Below, one piece after another: positions 61,458-64,000 of a stretch of DNA of 64,000 nt. The stretch is from contig WRJS01000001.1 of assembly GCA_009778475.1 (NCBI GenBank), positions 11,413 to 75,412 on the forward strand, read 5' to 3'. The stretch is from Kiritimatiellota bacterium. Lineage in GTDB: Bacteria; Verrucomicrobiota; Kiritimatiellia; RFP12; UBA1067. The translations under genes and the position numbers were made by a program. The first letter of the stretch is position 1; every line of letters begins with the position of its first letter. A model generated the notes under the pieces. It was not told the DNA's origin. It was given only the letters and a program-made list of their open reading frames with translations, and did not search any database.

Positions 61458-62489
61458 ATGAGTGTTTATCGGTTGATGTGTCTTGCGGGCGTGTTGCTCG
61501 CGCTGGCGGGGTGCAGGAAGAAAGAGGCTCCGCTGGAGCCGGGCGACCTTGCGCCGAATGCCGTCGTGGTGAAGGTGGACGGCGTGCCGCTCACGTTCAG
61601 GGACATGGCCCGGCGCGCGGACGGGTACCTGAAGTATGCGATTGAGCGGGAGCATATCGCGTTCGCCCCGAGCAAGCTTCCCGAGGCGAAGGCGTTTTAC
61701 CGCCAGCGGGCCATCAGCATGTTCGTCTATAAGGCGCTCATGCTGAACGAGGCCGAGCGCCTTGGCATCACCGCCAGCGAGAAGGAATACGCGGCGTGGC
61801 TTCAGGCGCTGGAGCAGACGCTCCAGCAACGGCAGTCCAGCACCAACCGCTACTTCAATGGCGGCCCGCAGCCGCCGGACATCATGCTCCAGGATTTCAG
61901 GGATGAGAGGCTTATCGATAAAATGCTCTCGCAGGAGGCCCCGAAGCGGTTCCGCGTCATGGATGATGAGGTCGAGGCGATGGCCAAGGAGATCGAGGAG
62001 ACGAACCTCATCCGGCGCGCCAAGCTGGAGGCCGCGCGTAAGCAGATACTGGACGGCGCGGATTTCGCGGACGTGGCGCGCGCAATCTCCGAGGACACGC
62101 CCTCCGCAAAGCGCGGCGGCGACCTTGGCGAGTTCGCGCGAGGCAAGGCCAACGATGCGGCCTTTGACGCGGCCGTATTCAGCCTGCCGCTCGATCAGGT
62201 CAGCGACGTTGTGGAAACGCGCTTCGGCTACCACCTCTTCAAGGTCTCCGCGAAAAACCCCGCCCAGCCCGAGAAGGATGATGTCCCGGCCGTCCCCGAG
62301 ACGGTACGCGCCGCACACATCCTCGTCAAGATGTTGTCCACGTCGCGGCCGAAGCTTGCTGACGTGCTTTATAAGCAGAAGTCTGCCCAGTCCGGCCGGA
62401 CGCTGTATGATGAGTTGAAGGGCAAGGCGAAAATCGAGAACACGCTGTTCCCGGATATGGAGTATCAGTACATCAGCGACATGAAGTAA
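61458..62489 (+). CDS. PpiC/parvulin-type peptidyl-prolyl isomerase lipoprotein (PrsA/SurA-like)
   Basis: AAGGAG RBS; lipobox LALAGC; parvulin domain (…AAHILVKM…, GGDLGEFARG, FGYHLFKV). The ORF-track start at 61269 is too far upstream. Confidence 0.75.
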   Translation: MSVYRLMCLAGVLLALAGCRKKEAPLEPGDLAPNAVVVKVDGVPLTFRDMARRADGYLKYAIEREHIAFAPSKLPEAKAFYRQRAISMFVYKALMLNEAERLGITASEKEYAAWLQALEQTLQQRQSSTNRYFNGGPQPPDIMLQDFRDERLIDKMLSQEAPKRFRVMDDEVEAMAKEIEETNLIRRAKLEAARKQILDGADFADVARAISEDTPSAKRGGDLGEFARGKANDAAFDAAVFSLPLDQVSDVVETRFGYHLFKVSAKNPAQPEKDDVPAVPETVRAAHILVKMLSTSRPKLADVLYKQKSAQSGRTLYDELKGKAKIENTLFPDMEYQYISDMK

Positions 62490-62511
62490 TGGTCACGCGA
62501 AGGGGGTGGTC

Positions 62512-63738
62512 ATGCGTGTCGGGATTGACAGTCTGCGGAGGCAAGGGTTCAGCCTGCTGAAAGGCAGGCGGGTCGGGTTGCTGAGCCATCAGGCCGCGTT
62601 GACCGTGAGCGGCGCGACCTCCGCGCAACTCCTGCACCAAGCCTTGGGCAAACGCCTCGTCGCGCTGTACGGGCCGGAGCACGGTTTCTTCGGGCAGGCC
62701 GGTGCGGGCGAGCATACCTACACGCGCAAGCACCCTGACTGGGGCATCCCCGTCTATTCGCTCTACGGCGAGCGGCGCAAGCCGTCGCCCGAAATGCTGG
62801 CGGGCATCGATGCGGTGGTCTGCGATTTGCAGGATCTCGGGGTGCGCTGCTACACCTACCTCGCGACGCTGCTCAACATGATGGAGGCCTGCGCGGAGGC
62901 GGGCGTGGAGGTGATTGTCGCCGACCGCCCGATACCGCTCCCGAAAACCGTTGACGGCCCGATGCTGGATGCGCGGCACACCAGCTTCGTCGCGCCGTGC
63001 GCCGTGCCGATGGTGTACGGCATGACCCCTGCGGAAACCGCGCGATGGATAAAAAGCAAATTGGGCTTGGAGGTCCGCCTCTCGCTCGTGCCGATGGAAG
63101 GGTGGTCGCGCAAGGACGCGGCGTGGGACGGCTCGCGGCCGGACTGGCTGCCGCCGTCGCCCGGCATCAAGACGTGGGAGGCCGCGATGACGTATGCCGC
63201 GACGGTGTTCACCGAGGCCCTGCCGGGCATCGACTGCGGGCGCGGCACGAACCTCGCGTTCCGCGTGTTCGGTGCGCCGTGGATGAACGCGGGCGGTGTT
63301 CGCGCACTGCTGAGCGGAGGCGCCTGGGGCATCGGCGGCGTGAAGTTCCACCCGTACCGCTACACCGCAGGGGTCGCGCCTTATGCAGGGCAAGAGATCG
63401 ACGGTGTGCGGCTCGCCGTGACGAACCCGTCGCGCTTCTGCCCCGTGCGGACCTCGGTCGCCATCCTGCACGCGCTGGATATCGTTCAAGGAGACGCAGG
63501 GACCGCCATGTGGCAGATGCTGGGCGGGGATATGCGCGTCTTTGAGCGGCACAACCAGCATATCCGCATCTGGCAGGACGAGGGCGCGCGCCCTGAGTGG
63601 TTCGACAAACTCTACGGCGGCGAGCAGACCCGCAGCGTGTTACAATCGACCCGGCATCTCCCCAGCCTGTTCGCGGCGTGGCTGGAAGACCGCAAACCGT
63701 TTTTGCGTGAGCGCAAGAGGGCGCTCCTCTACACATGA
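62512..63738 (+). CDS. DUF1343 family protein (NamZ-like exo-beta-N-acetylmuramidase family)
   Basis: Collinear with YbbC/NamZ family features (GLLSHQAA, LYGPEHGFFG, CDLQDLGVRCYTY). Confidence 0.7.
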   Translation: MRVGIDSLRRQGFSLLKGRRVGLLSHQAALTVSGATSAQLLHQALGKRLVALYGPEHGFFGQAGAGEHTYTRKHPDWGIPVYSLYGERRKPSPEMLAGIDAVVCDLQDLGVRCYTYLATLLNMMEACAEAGVEVIVADRPIPLPKTVDGPMLDARHTSFVAPCAVPMVYGMTPAETARWIKSKLGLEVRLSLVPMEGWSRKDAAWDGSRPDWLPPSPGIKTWEAAMTYAATVFTEALPGIDCGRGTNLAFRVFGAPWMNAGGVRALLSGGAWGIGGVKFHPYRYTAGVAPYAGQEIDGVRLAVTNPSRFCPVRTSVAILHALDIVQGDAGTAMWQMLGGDMRVFERHNQHIRIWQDEGARPEWFDKLYGGEQTRSVLQSTRHLPSLFAAWLEDRKPFLRERKRALLYT

Positions 63739-63787
63739 AGACGAAAGGGCATAAACATGAAGACAGACGTAGTGTTTTCTCGAGTAT

Positions 63788-64000
63788 CAGGGCGGCGCCC
63801 TGAAATCAGCAATGCAGGGCAGCGCCCTGAAATCAATAGCGCAGGGCAACGCCCTGAAATCAATAGCGTAGGGCAGCACCCTGAAATCAGCAATGCAGGG
63901 CAACGCCCTGAAATCAATAGCGCAGGGCAGCGCCCTGAAATCAATAGCGTAGGGCAACGCCCTGAAATCAATAGCGTAGGGCAACGCCCTACGTTGAAGG
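63788..64000. repeat. Tandem array of 27-bp hairpin units (cagggcNNcgccctg aaatca(a/g)(t/c)a(g/a)(c/t)g), ~8 copies, running off the window end
   Basis: Contiguous units with no spacers; each contains the palindrome cagggc..gccctg. The related hairpin gtagggcaacgccctac recurs at 36830 and 37130. Confidence 0.7.

Noticed and set aside
63788-64000. Possible CRISPR array (regular short repeats)
   Set aside because: The units are contiguous 27-mers with no unique spacers, each is a simple hairpin, and no cas genes are nearby. It is a tandem REP-type array.

Overview
This is a high-GC (~63-65%) bacterial chromosomal segment. The gene content suggests the PVC superphylum (Kiritimatiellota, Verrucomicrobiota or Lentisphaerota-like): Tat-signal Gfo/Idh/MocA and xylose-isomerase-fold proteins, beta-propeller/CxxCH 'Planctomycete-cytochrome-like' proteins, giant PA14/autotransporter-repeat surface proteins and a GH10 xylanase. 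Housekeeping genes are well conserved: secDF (5' partial), dnaX, the rpmH-rnpA-yidD-yidC cluster, a TrmH/RlmB-like methyltransferase, thiC, glnN (type III glutamine synthetase), glnS, secA, lemA and an M48 peptidase, plus one tRNA-Ala(GGC). Accessory content is interleaved with them. (1) A low-GC ~1.9-kb restriction-modification islet (PD-(D/E)xK-like ORF plus a phage-Dam-family N6-adenine methyltransferase with an ATGA overlap) carries its own promoter. It is flanked by ~40-bp direct repeats that duplicate the 3' end, including the stop codon, of the gene it inserted after. (2) A cassette runs micro-ORF, class I SAM methyltransferase, radical SAM enzyme with a ~105-aa N-terminal extension and a SPASM/Twitch-like C-terminus, three in-frame 177-bp tandem repeats, then a tandem array of three paralogous multi-TM proteins, one broken by an in-frame TAG. 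This is the best candidate in the window for an undescribed peptide- or cofactor-maturation and immunity-like system. (3) A second stand-alone AhbD/NirJ-like radical SAM/SPASM gene lies next to a secreted Ig/Flg_new repeat protein. (4) At least four families of interspersed GC-rich palindromic repeats (REP/MITE-like) are present, plus several unusual large inverted repeats, including an AT-rich heptad-repeat palindrome between lemA and the M48 peptidase gene. Many long ORFs in the six-frame track are antisense or alternative-frame artefacts of high GC and were not called.
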